A stretch of 63,355 nt of DNA, filler included, from Octopus bimaculoides (lineage: Eukaryota), in NCBI RefSeq assembly GCF_001194135.2. It is 3 parts of 3 records of this genome, joined end to end, with 100 filler letters (N's around TTAATTAATTAA, not from the genome) between each part and the next. Parts side by side here need not be neighbours in the genome. Positions count along the whole stretch, not along the records: positions 49,464 to 63,355 come from NC_068983.1; 2 more parts are not named here. One strand, 5' to 3'. The number at the start of each line of letters is the position of its first letter. Within the stretch, counting starts at the first letter, position 1. Shown piece by piece: positions 52,180 through 63,319 of the stretch. The notes under the pieces are model-generated. The model was not told the origin of the DNA. It saw only the letters and a list, made by a program, of their open reading frames with translations, and searched no databases. The translations under genes were made by a program, and so were the position numbers.

Positions 52180-52402
52180 TTATTTCTTTGTTGCCCACTG
52201 AGGGCTAAACATAGAGGGGACAAACAATGACAGACAAAAGTATTAAGTCGATTACATCGACTCCAGTGCATAACTGGTACTTATTTAATTGACCCCGAAA
52301 GGATGAAAGGCAAAGTCGACCTCGGCGGAATTTGCACTCAGAACGCAAAGACAGACGAAATACTGCTAAGCATTTCGCTCGATGTGCTAACGATTCTGCC
52401 AA
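52180..52402 (-). mobile_element. SINE A, convergent with the previous copy
   Basis: Reverse complement of family A. Confidence 0.85.
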
Positions 52403-53319
52403 CTTGGATAAGTTTATAGTAGAAAGTGGGTTATACATCTTTAGATTGTATACCTGACTTTCCTACTATAATATTAAGGAATATAACGGAACGCTGAACT
52501 CCAGACTATCAACTTAAACGACATTTATTTAGGTGGTAAATATATACATCTTTAGTTCTTGTTGCTACAGCTTCTATTGTGTATGAGCATAGTTGTTGGG
52601 ACGTTGTTCTGTAGTTGTGAGCGAGCTGTCGAGTGTAAGTCCGAAAGATGTAGAAAGACAGCTTTAATACGTCCATGCTCAATCGCTGGCCAGCGAGAAA
52701 GAGAATGAATTGAGCGGGAACGCTTGGTTGTTTAATTCTACGCATGCGCACGGCGTTACTACAAGTTTGTATATCATGCGTAGAATCTTACGATTTTTGG
52801 ATCCACCCTGCAGGGGCGTGGCCAGGTTCTAAAGTTAGGAGTAGCAAGCTCATAAAAAAACCCAAAAGGCGTCGTGACACATATCAAACAATTTTAAACT
52901 CATTTCTCTTATATTATGCGAAATATTTTATTAGTCATAAAATACGTAATTGTCATATACATTCATTAATTTTATGTTTCGGTAACAATGTCATTATGTA
53001 TGAAGCTTACAACTACGGATCTAAGTGAGCAAAGCATTAAAAAGAAACGTTGAAAAGGCGCCAATTTTGAAAAATGTGCTTGTGGAGAGAGGTCGCTCCT
53101 TTTACTTCCTTATTAGCTACGTCGATGTCACCCTGTCCTTAAGACAATAAAAAAAATTCTCTCTCCCCCCCCCTCTCTCTCTCTCCTAAAACGCAACTTT
53201 CCTCTTCTCAGCAAGCCATACGAATTATCTGAAATCTTCACGATCTCAAATGTAATCCTTAACACTTCTTTTCGTAATATACAAACTACTGAAGCAAATT
53301 TATCAAAGTTTGTCTTTTG

Positions 53320-53537
53320 AAATTGGTTTCAAATTTTGGCCCAATGCCAGTAATTTCAGAGGAGGGCGTGAGTCGATTGCATCGACCCCCAGCGCTCAAC
53401 TGGTACTTATTTTATCGACCCCGAAAGGATGAAAAGCAAAGTGAACCCCAGCGGTATTTGAACTCAGAACGTAAGGACAGATGAAATGCCGCTAAGCATT
53501 TCGCCCGGCGTGCTAACGATTCTGCCAGCTCGCTACC
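53320..53537 (-). mobile_element. SINE A
   Basis: Reverse complement of family A. Confidence 0.85.
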
Positions 53538-54344
53538 CCTGTCTTTTGAAATATTAAGCATTAAAAGCTGGATCCTGTTAGAAAATATTAACAATCGAAA
53601 ATTCAAGGCGCAGCAGAAAAACCTCCCGTATTTTACACGGCCATTGGCGTGGCGCTAATAAAGTTTGGCAGAAGATAATAGTGTCTTCCTGTAGCTCATG
53701 TTTTACTGTTTATTTGTTTTGTTTTGTTTTTCTAGACCAGTGTCCACCATGCGGCTATCAAGAATAAAAATGTGGGAGGGTTTTATTTTATTCTATTTTT
53801 GCTGCACCCTACATGTGAAGTAAAGGTATTAGAGTCCAAACCCTCCTTATTATATTCATATTCACATCGTGGTTTTAGTATAAAAATAAAAAAGCCTGTC
53901 CCCCAATCATTTTCTTGTGGCGCCACCTATATTTTACACTGAATTACTGCCCTTTTGGTCTACAAAGCTTTCTACAATGAGTCACAACAATAAAGTTTCT
54001 TTTAATATCTTGCTCTTAACATAGATAATTTTTTGTTAAGATCAAATGAAATACTAGATGTTGGAAACCCACAGAATCCAAGGAGGAGGGCCGTTGAAGA
54101 ATATATTTTTCATATCTTCATATTGAAATTGATGCACAAGAAGAGTTTATTGCGGGTTTTCTCCAAGCTTAAAAGCAAGATTCACAGAAACAAATGTATT
54201 TACACTTAATCAGATTTCATCACTGAAAATTGAGGGCTCAGTTCATAGGTATGGGGTAATGCAGTTAACGAGAGATGAACTGTTGCTTCTCTTCTGCTAA
54301 GGATTGGGGACCACGGAAACATGCGCTCTCTCTCTCTCTCTCTT

Positions 54345-55140
54345 TCTCTCCGCTTCTGGTTATGGTTGTGTATTTTCAGTCAGGGGTCTTCCAGTCCACT
54401 CTTTGATGTTGTCCGGCTAATGTCTTCGCAGTTCTTTGGTTCCTTGTGTCCCATTGACTCTTCCTTCATGGATATCAGTGCTGAGATTCCGGGCCCAGAT
54501 GACATCCCTAAAATACTGCAGCTTTCTCTCCCTGGCAATTATCAAAAAATCCCCTTTCTGTTCCCATTTCCACAAGTACTAACTCCTTTGTTTGATAGTC
54601 AGTCCCGCTGATCTTCAGTATTCTTCGATAGTATGTTGTCTCAAATAATGAGTTTGGCAACGTTCTTTCAGGGCCCAGCTTTCACATCCATACAGTGCAA
54701 CGGGCCAAACTAGTGACTTCATAAGCTTTAATTTGATGTTCTTCTTAAAGCACAGTCATTTTATATTCTACTGAGGGATTTTTAAGACAGATCTCGCTGC
54801 CCTAAATCATGCTCCTATTTCGTAGCCTCCGTCTCTTGGTTGTTCTGTAATAGTATCCAGACATTTGAACTTGGTGACCCATTTAAATGTAACTCCTTGG
54901 CATTGAGTGTTATGTTCCTCTGTTTTTGTCACTGCGATCACTTTTGTCTTCATTGTATTGATTTCCAGCCGGTACTCACTCAATACAAATCTTTAACTCT
55001 ATACCTTATCTAATAATCTCTGTAGCGACTCTGCCGATGTTGTGATAAGGACTACATCATGAGCATACCATACGCTGTTGATGTCTCTACAATCGATGGT
55101 GATTCCTATCCCATTGAGATCATCAACTGATTCTTATCCC
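54345..55140 (-). mobile_element. Old RTE/BovB-like LINE relic
   Basis: INSVWYAHDVVLI..LQRLLDKV..LEINTMKTKVI..KFKCLD..KLKLMKSLVWPVALYGCESW..RKLQYF..DNIKEWTG, with many stops. Confidence 0.85.
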
Positions 55141-55159
55141 ATTTTCAGAGCAGAAGGAG

Positions 55160-55450
55160 TCATCGTCATCATCATCATCGTTTAACGTCCATTTTCCATG
55201 CTGGTATGGGTTGTACGGTTTGAGTGGGGACTGGCAAGCCAGGATGCCGCACCAGGCTCCAATCTGATGTGACAATGTTTCTGCAGCTGGATGCCCTTCC
55301 TAACGCCAACCACTCCGAGAGTGTAGTGGGTGCTTTTTACGTGCCACCGGTACAGGAGCCTGTTAGGCGGGCCTGGCATCGATCACGTACGGATGGTGCT
55401 TTTTACGTGCCACCGGCACGGGAGCCAGTCAGGGTGTACTGGCATCAGCC
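55160..55450 (-). mobile_element. 5'-truncated RTE 3' UTR copy with (GAT)n tail and two 66-bp units
   Basis: catcatc..gtttaacgtccattttccatgc tail on the plus strand; units start at 55329 and 55395. Confidence 0.8.
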
Positions 55451-55702
55451 GAAACGTTGTGATAACAACAAACAAGATGAGGACAAATATCCGTCCAACG
55501 TAAATAAAGTAAATAATGTTAATCCTTGACTTTCTTGTATCTTAGGGTGGTAGTGGGGAGAGGGGAATTTTTTGCTTTATTTTTAGTAGATATGGTTTCA
55601 TAAATACCAGTCATATACTAGAATTTATAGAAGAAATAATCTATATTCCCCACGGTTTCCACATATTTAGCTTATCTAATTAATTTGCGTTTCTCTTTCC
55701 AG

Positions 55703-55925
55703 ATGGATCGATTTTTATCAGCGAAGGGAGTGCATCCTGACCATGGAGGGAAATCTTTCACAATATGTGCAGATGGACAAGCTCACCTACGCCAATGTCT
55801 GCATCCAGAATGTAGTAAAAAGAACATTAATTTACCAAAATACATGTATAAGTTTTATGACCTGAGGAAAGAATTCAGGAAATTTTACAGAACTGAAGCT
55901 ACCGGAATCAAGTCAATGCTTGAAC
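55703..55925 (+). CDS. ESRP: Internal coding exon of an ESRP1/2 (fusilli) orthologue, N-terminal DnaQ/exonuclease-like domain
   Basis: Strong acceptor tttctctttccAG at 55701-55702. Open frame [74 protein letters not shown] closely matches human ESRP1 as I recall it ([42 protein letters not shown]). Phase 0 start, phase 1 end, 223 nt. Confidence 0.9.
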
Positions 55926-55934
55926 GTATCCTTT
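55926..55934 (+). promoter_or_regulatory. U12-type (minor spliceosome) 5' splice site GTATCCTTT
   Basis: The donor right after the ESRP exon reads C|GTATCCTTTG, a full match to the RTATCCTTT U12 consensus and a poor U2 donor. Confidence 0.8.
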
Positions 55935-56159
55935 GAATACAGCTTTTATGTTTTACCTTTTACACATTTCAGTCACTGGACTCTGGCCACGCTGGGGCAC
56001 TACCTTCAAGGCTTTAGTCAAACAAACCAACCCCCTGGATCTTTTTTTTTTAATCCTTGTACTTTTTCTATTGGTCTCTTTTGTTGAACTATTGAATTAC
56101 AAGGACGTAAACAAACCAACACTGGTTGTCAAGGGGTGGGCAAAGACAGACACATATAA

Positions 56160-56575
56160 CTGTCATCACCATCATAGTCATTTAACACCCGTTCTCCATG
56201 TTGGCCTCGGTTGGATGGTTTGACAAGTGCTAGCAAGGCCGGAACCTACATCAGGCTCCACTCCATTGGCTGTTTCAGAATGGTTTCTACAGTTGGATGC
56301 CCTTCCTAATGCCAACCACTTTACTGAATGTACTGAGTGCTTTTTACATGCCACCGGCACAAGAGCCAGTCAGGTGGCACTGGCATCAACCATGCTCGAA
56401 TGGGGCTTTTTACATGCCATCAGCACAGGTGCCAATCAGGTGGTACTGTCATCGGCCACGACAATGACTTCACTTGACTCAACAGGTCTTCACAAGCACA
56501 GTTTATTGCCCAATATATATAGCGTCGCCTTACTGGCACTTGTGCTGGTGGCATGTAAAAAAAAAACATTCGAGT

Positions 56576-56577
<2 letters not shown>
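56160..56577 (-). mobile_element. RTE 3' UTR copy with two 66-bp units and a short inverted fragment at 56531-56577
   Basis: Same tail; units start at about 56336 and 56402. Confidence 0.75.
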
Positions 56578-56614
<37 letters not shown>

Positions 56615-56782
56615 CTGTGTGGGTTAGGGGTTGAGAAACCAACAAAGGGATAGTACCTATCCAATATACTGCTGGTAGTGTACCCAGTTATTCATACTCA
56701 GGTACTAGCTATTTAGTGGCAAACTCGCAACTGAGTGTTATATATAGGTGGGGGTAAAAAGTAATTTACCCTTGATTTATAC

Positions 56783-57289
56783 GGCAAATAAAAAAATGGA
56801 GGGGATACAAAAACTACATTCATCAGCCGGTAAACATTCCAATATGTCTATTTATTGCAGTGTATTAGATAAATCCACACACATGTATTAGTGGTACAGA
56901 CTATCAAATAGAAAGGTTTGGTAATTGCCAAACCAAGGGTGTGGATGCATATAATCATATAGAAACAAGTGATTAATTGAGTAAATGAGTAAATGAGTAA
57001 ATGAACAGATTGTCAGTAAAACAGGAACTAGGACCTACACACCCATTTGGTTTTACTGGCAATCTGTTCATTTACTCATTTGCTCATTTACTCAATTAAT
57101 CACTTGTTTCTATATGATTATATGCTTCCACACCCTTGTTTTTGCAATTACCAAACTTTTCTATTTGATAGTCTGTACCACTAATACATGTGTGTGGATT
57201 CATCTAATACACTGCAATAAATAGACATATTGGAATGTCTACCGGCTGATGTCTGTTGATTTAGTTTCCTCTCCACTTTCTTATTTGCC
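56783..57289. mobile_element. Near-perfect palindromic MITE (about 240-bp arms, 27-nt spacer), TA-flanked
   Basis: Core 56821-57022 versus 57050-57251 has 8 mismatches in 202 nt; internal (GAGTAAAT)3 motifs. Confidence 0.9.
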
Positions 57290-58123
57290 TATATATATAT
57301 ACATATATATATACACACACACATACACACACAATACAAGCTTCCATATTGTTTTCATCTACTAAATTCACTTGCAGAGCATTGGTTGGCCTGGGGCTAC
57401 AGTAGAAGATACTTGCCTAAGGTGCAGTGCAGTGGGACTGAACCCAAAACCACATGGTTGCAGTGCTAGAGATAACACTAGATCAACGACTGATATTTTA
57501 ATCATTTCAATATGTACAAGAGACAACTCTGCACATGTTCTGTTATTATTAAACCTCATCAGTGAAGTATTCACTTCACTATACATACTGAAGTAGTGAC
57601 AAGAGAATCACTAAGGAAATAATACAGGTTTGAGTGTAATGGAGTAGGTGTAAACAATTATCATAATTTATATATGACATCGCTAAAATCAGAGCTGCTG
57701 ATTGGCTGAGTGGAGTGCATTCATAGAACATTGACGTACTTCTGGGAGATGACATTTTAGTTATGTTTTATTTATTTCTTACTCATTGCTTTCGCTGGTA
57801 ACAATCCTTCCTTTTATGTAGTTGTCATGTGACTATCGTCATGTGATTAGGTTGGTAAGCATGACACAGAATTCTAGTGACAGTTATTATTAATTAGCAG
57901 CAGGACCTGATTTTGCCAGGGTTTATTAATACTTGAAGTAATTACAATCATGTGAATTCACTGTGTTTTAGAGAATAAATTATTTTTAAAAGATGTTGAC
58001 AATCTTTGCCTGGCCTGAGAAATATTGCAGATTTATTCAGAATTCTAGCATCCAAGAAATCCTTTTGATTCTTATTTTTATTGGAAGCATTAGTAATATA
58101 TTCTATGATGTATGTGTATATGA

Positions 58124-58165
<42 letters not shown>

Positions 58166-58242
58166 ACTTGTGTGTGTGTATATCTATATATATACACATA
58201 TGAAGGAGCCTTATGGAGGCAAAGTGGCTGAGTTCCTTTTGA

Positions 58243-58404
58243 GTGTTGGACCTCATGGAGGCAATGACCAAGACCTTTATGTCGTGCTTGAGAAGAAGAC
58301 CCATCAAGCCGATCAAAATCAAAGTCATGGCAGATACTGGTGTCATGCAAATGGCACCTGTGCCAGTGGCACATAATAATACCTTCCAAGAGTTGGGCCT
58401 CACG
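58243..58404 (+). mobile_element. Oppositely oriented RTE 3'-end pieces next to the main copy
   Basis: Sense-strand RTE terminal sequence ttggacctcatggaggcaatgacc..gtgccagtggcac, and a second copy of the gggcctcacggaggc motif. Confidence 0.6.
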
Positions 58405-59708
58405 GAGGCCCAACGTTTGAAGGTCAAGTGAGGCCCAACGTTCGAAGGTCATGCTTGACCACCTCATCCCATATCATCCTGGGTCTTCCTCTACCCCGGA
58501 CTCCTTCAACTGATTGGGAGTGGCACTTCTTCACACATCTCTCCACATTCATCCCATAGTTCTTGATCATACCAACACAAACATCTCTCTTGCATGCCGC
58601 ATCCAATGCTTCATATGTCCAACATTTCTCTCAGGGCGCTTACACTCTGTTGTGTGTGCACACTGACATTACACATCCAGCGGATCATGCTAGCTTCATT
58701 TCTTTCGAGGCTACACATGTCTTCAGCAGTCACAGCCCATGTTCACTGCCATGAAGCATGGCAGTTCACGCACATGCATCGTACAGTCTACCTTTCACTC
58801 TGAGCGAGAGGCCCTTTGTCACCAGTAGGGGTAGAAGTTTTCTGAACTTTGCCCAGGCTAGTCTTATTCTAGTGGTAACACTCTCTGAGCATCCACCCCC
58901 ACTACATACTTGGTCACCTAGGTAGCAGAAGCTATAAACTACTGCTAGTTTCTCCCCCTGGCATGTGATGGAATCTGTCTTCAGAGCACCTGTGGTGTTT
59001 ATTGCCCCTGTGCATCTGCTGCACACAAAAGCTATCTTCCCAGTTAATTTTCCTTTGATGTTGCTGCACCTCTTATGTCTCCATAGCATACACTGGGTAC
59101 ATCTTATGGAGTTTCTACCTACACCTTTTCTACAGATCGAGCAGGACCACCTACCTGAAGGCGTGTGTGATGTGTTCGCCTTCCTACTTACTAGAATTTT
59201 GGTCTTTGCTACATTGACTCTAAGGCCTTTGATTCTAAACCTTACTTCCACACCTCAAATTTCTTCTCTAGTTCTGTTAGTGATTCTGTTTTTAGGGCCA
59301 GGTCATCAGCATATAGAAGCACCCAGGGGCAACCCATCTTGAATTCCTCTGTTATTACCTGGAGGATTATAATGAATAAAAAGGGACTGAGGGCTGATCT
59401 TTGGTGGACCCCTACTTCTACCCGGAATTCTTCACTATACTCATTGCTGATCCTAACCTTACTAACAGCCACTCTGTATAGGGCTTGTACAGCCCTTATT
59501 AACCATTTGTCTATTCCCAGTTTCTGCATCACCCACCAGATAAGGGATCAGGGGACCCTGTCAAAGGCTTTCTCCAAGTCCACAAAATTTAAGTATAGGG
59601 GTTTATCAGTAGCTAGGTATTTCTCCTGCAGTTGTCGAACCAGGAATATAGCATCAGTGGTGCTTCTACTTGGCACAAAACCGAACTGCATCTCATCTAA
59701 GCAGATTC
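58405..59708 (-). mobile_element. RTE/BovB-clade LINE (RT to 3' coding end) with embedded PHD finger
   Basis: LDEMQFGFVPSRSTTDAIF..FVDLEKAFDRVP..GVHQRSALSPFLF..LLYADDL..GLRVNVAKTK..[C4HC3]..FCYLGD..RGRGRPRMIWDEVV; several frameshifts. Confidence 0.95.
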
Positions 59709-59940
59709 TTGAGTATAACCAGCCGAAATTGCGAAGATAATCTGAAACTCGACTGAGGAAAGAAAACTCTGAATGACCCGTCCTTGTTTTCTTTGTATCG
59801 TCTATCTGGAGGTTTTGTTGTCCCTTTTTTGTGTCACCTAACTGTCTGGATGTTTTGTGTTCTTGTCCCATTTTGTATTTATATATGTATATATANNNNN
59901 NNNNNNNNNNNNNNNNNNNNNNNNNNNNNNNNNNNNNNNN

Positions 59941-59988
<48 letters not shown>

Positions 59989-60089
59989 TATTATTTATCA
60001 CTTATATATGGATATGGTTTATATCTGCTGGACAATGATGCAACAGACATGATAAAATACAGCTACTTAAGATAAAACAGAGGTGGCAG

Positions 60090-60250
60090 CAAGCTGATTG
60101 CATCAACCCCAGTATTTGACTGGTACTGTATTTTATTGACCCCTCAAAAGAATAGAAGACAAATTTGACCTGAATTCAGAATGGAAACAGTCAGAGGGAA
60201 TGCTGCTAAGCATTTAATTGGATGCATTCATGGTTCTGCCGGCTCCCTAC
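60090..60250 (-). mobile_element. SINE A, degenerate
   Basis: Reverse complement of family A. Confidence 0.6.
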
Positions 60251-60649
60251 TTTTATATTCCCTCAATTATGGTCTTACCAAATAATATTCAAATGCCTCT
60301 ACAATATTTATGTTTCTGTTAATTGTGTCATTGAAATTTTGTTAATTATTGCCTATTATTAATTTGTTAATTAATGAGAGAGAGGGAGAGAGAAATCAGG
60401 AAAATATTTTAGGAATTTCCTTTTGTCAATATTTTGATAGTAAAACATCTGACTGTGTACCGTGTCACACTACAGAGTCATGGTTTGTGAGTTTGGCTGT
60501 AGATGTTCCTATATATCTCTTGACAAGAAACTTACCGTTAATTGTAGCATATAAATTGACTATGTATACAAATTGATTTTATATACATACATACAAGCAC
60601 ATACACACACACACTCACATGTAAGATTTAGTAGTTGACAAAATAATTC

Positions 60650-61025
60650 AAAACAAGAGCACTCAGAGAGCGCAAACCTCCACCATGGCAACACCAACGT
60701 CCTCTCAATGATTATCCAGAGATGATTTTTAAAATGAGAATATCTGAAATAAACTCGACTGCTCTCACAAACGAGAATACTAAAAATGAACCCGACCACT
60801 CTCAAAAATTAAGTAAAAAAAAAACGGAAAAATAATCCAGAATCCTTGTCTGGTATTAGATCCTAAAATCTAATCAGCTTGTGCCAGTCAAGGCCAAACA
60901 TCCCTGAAAGTTTCATCCAAATCCATCCAACGGTTCTTGAGATATCTTGTCCACAGACAAACAAACACAACTGAAAACAACACCCCCTCCTTCACACTAA
61001 GGTGAAGGTAATACTTCCTGTTGAG
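60650..61025 (+). mobile_element. Non-autonomous DNA element (aacaagag...ttcatccaaatcc...acagacaaac type)
   Basis: Motifs typical of molluscan Helentron/Kolobok-like non-autonomous repeats (recalled); a related sequence lies on the minus strand at about 11805-12080. Confidence 0.35.
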
Positions 61026-61199
61026 AACGGAAAGGAATCTAAAGAGAAGACACAAGCTTTGTCTCTTAGTGATTTCCTTTGGCAAGGCACGCCATATGTT
61101 TGGCAGTGAGCAAGGCACAGCATCTGTTTAGCATGATCCATTATATCTATGAAGTATATTTCTAGATCCTGGTTTTTATTAATATTCTCAAGATCTAAT

Positions 61200-61415
61200 G
61201 GTGGCGAGCTGGCAGAATCAGTGGCATGCCAGACAAAATGCTTTGCAGCATTTCGTCCATCTTTTCGTTCTGAGTTCAAATTCTACCACGGTCAACTTTG
61301 CCTTTCATCCTTTTGGGGTCAAATAAAATAAGTACCAACTGAGCACTGTGGTTAATATAATCGACTCCCCCCCACTACCACTCCCCTGAAATTGCTGGCC
61401 TTGTGTCAAAATTTG
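61200..61415 (+). mobile_element. SINE A
   Basis: Family A similarity. Confidence 0.85.
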
Positions 61416-62311
61416 AAAAAAAAAATTGGAATTAACAAGATCTGAAACAAGATCTGAATTCAACAATTTTCTTGGAAGAAACTAACAGCTTGAAATCCTT
61501 TATGGGACATTATTTCTGAAATGGGTGCAAGGCAGGATTTCAAGCGACTTCAAGGGATCAAATTCTAATTTGTCTTTTTTGGCTGACATCAAAAAGACAT
61601 AGAAGTGGGTGCTGAAGGGTTGTTGAAAGGTGACAGATGTTTTATAGAAACTCCCTTGTTGCTTGTTCTAATTAGGTTTTACTCTTGTAAGAATATTTCG
61701 TATGAGGCAACGCATCATTATTAGATCATCACAACCAAAGCAAGGGGATATTTTCCAAGTTAATTCCATTATGCAACCTTAGAAGTTTTCTATTATGTAA
61801 ACAGAACTGTCTATCAATCTGATCATTTCTTTTATATTTTGTAATCTTTCTAATGGATTATATCACCATTTGACAACTTCATGTTAAGAAATCACTTCAT
61901 GTTGAGAAAATACATTTTTCGTTTCGTGACTTCATATTTCTTATGAACAAGGAAACAACAAAAGCAAATCAAGTTAATTCTGCTGATAAGAAAACAAATT
62001 CTCAGGTATTTCGAGCACTCCCGTAAAAGTTTGAATAAGTTCTTTTGGTTGTGTTCAAGTTTGTAAAAGTGCTTCTAACTCCCAGGTACTTATTTCCTAA
62101 ACTATTCACCATATCCGCCAGAGTAATATGAGGTACAGTACACGGCTTTTCAAGATCAATATGGCATTTGAAATGCTGTATGTCATATATACATACATAC
62201 AAACATTATATACAGTACATAATTACATACATTATATACAACAACAAAATTTAATCAAATAAATTTGACAAATGATTCTAATTACTAAAAGAATAGTTTA
62301 TTTATTGATAT

Positions 62312-63030
62312 CAGTGGTTCCTAACCATTTCTTTTATTTATGGGCCTCTTTGACTTCTATTTATCTTGGGCAAACCCTCATTGACATTCATCATCATCAT
62401 CATCATCATCGTCGTTTAATGTCCATTTTCCATGCTGGCATGGATTGGACAGTGTGACTGAGGTCTGGAGAGCCAGCAGCTACACCAGGCTCCAATCTGA
62501 TCTGGAAGGGTTTCTACAGCTGGATGCCCTTCCTAACGCCAACCACTCTGAGAATGTAGTGGGTGCTTTTTATGTGCCACTGGCACAGGGGCCAGTCAGG
62601 TGGGCGTGGCATCGATCACATTCGGGTAGTGATTTTTTCATGTCACCAGCATGGGAGCCAGTCAGGAGGTGCTGGCATCAGCCATGTTCACATGGTGCTT
62701 TTCACGTGCCACCAGCATGGGAGCCAGTCAGGAGGTACTGGCATTGGTCACGTTCGGATAATGCTTTTTATGTGCTGCCAGCACAGGAGCCAGTCACGGG
62801 GTACTGGCATCACCATGTTCGGATGGTGCTTTTTACGTGCCACTAGCATGGAAGTTTAAAAAATCCTTTTTTGCTTTTATAATTAAATATCAGGCATTTG
62901 TATAAAAGAAAATTGTTAAAATATTTTGTGTATTGTAGGAGTATAACTAGTTCATTGCAGATAAATCTTAACGACAAAATCTTATGTGACCCCTTAAAGG
63001 GCCATATGGACCCCAGTTGAGAATCCCTCG
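62312..63030. mobile_element. Possible hAT-type MITE carrying the nested RTE tail
   Basis: CAGTGGTTCCTAAC at 62312 and a degenerate GTTGAGAATCCCTC at 63016; no clear TSD. Confidence 0.35.
62387..62852 (-). mobile_element. RTE 3' UTR copy with four and a bit 66-bp units
   Basis: Units start at 62562, 62628, 62694, 62760 and 62825; (CAT)n at 62387-62410. Confidence 0.85.
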
Positions 63031-63319
63031 TTTATAACTTGACAAAACAATATTTTACGTAAAAGTCCTCTTTTAGTTCCCACACACACTAATGGTGTTG
63101 GCACTTACATCACTCTCTCTCACACCCACACTTAATTGCCATCTGTATGCGTGTGTGTGTGTGTGTGCTTGTAGTGTTCACTTGAATCCCCACCCCCTAC
63201 CAACATGGGACTCATTTTCAATAATAGGAACCAAGAAAGTGTTTTAGCAAATAATTTGGTCTGTTTTAAACTGCTTTAAATTTCCTGGAAGTTTATTGTG
63301 TTTGATGGAATTTGAGACC

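Noticed and set aside
62562-62852. 66-bp and 91-bp arrays as CRISPR-like systems
   Set aside because: The units are wholly homologous with no unique spacers, there are no cas genes, and the context is eukaryotic.
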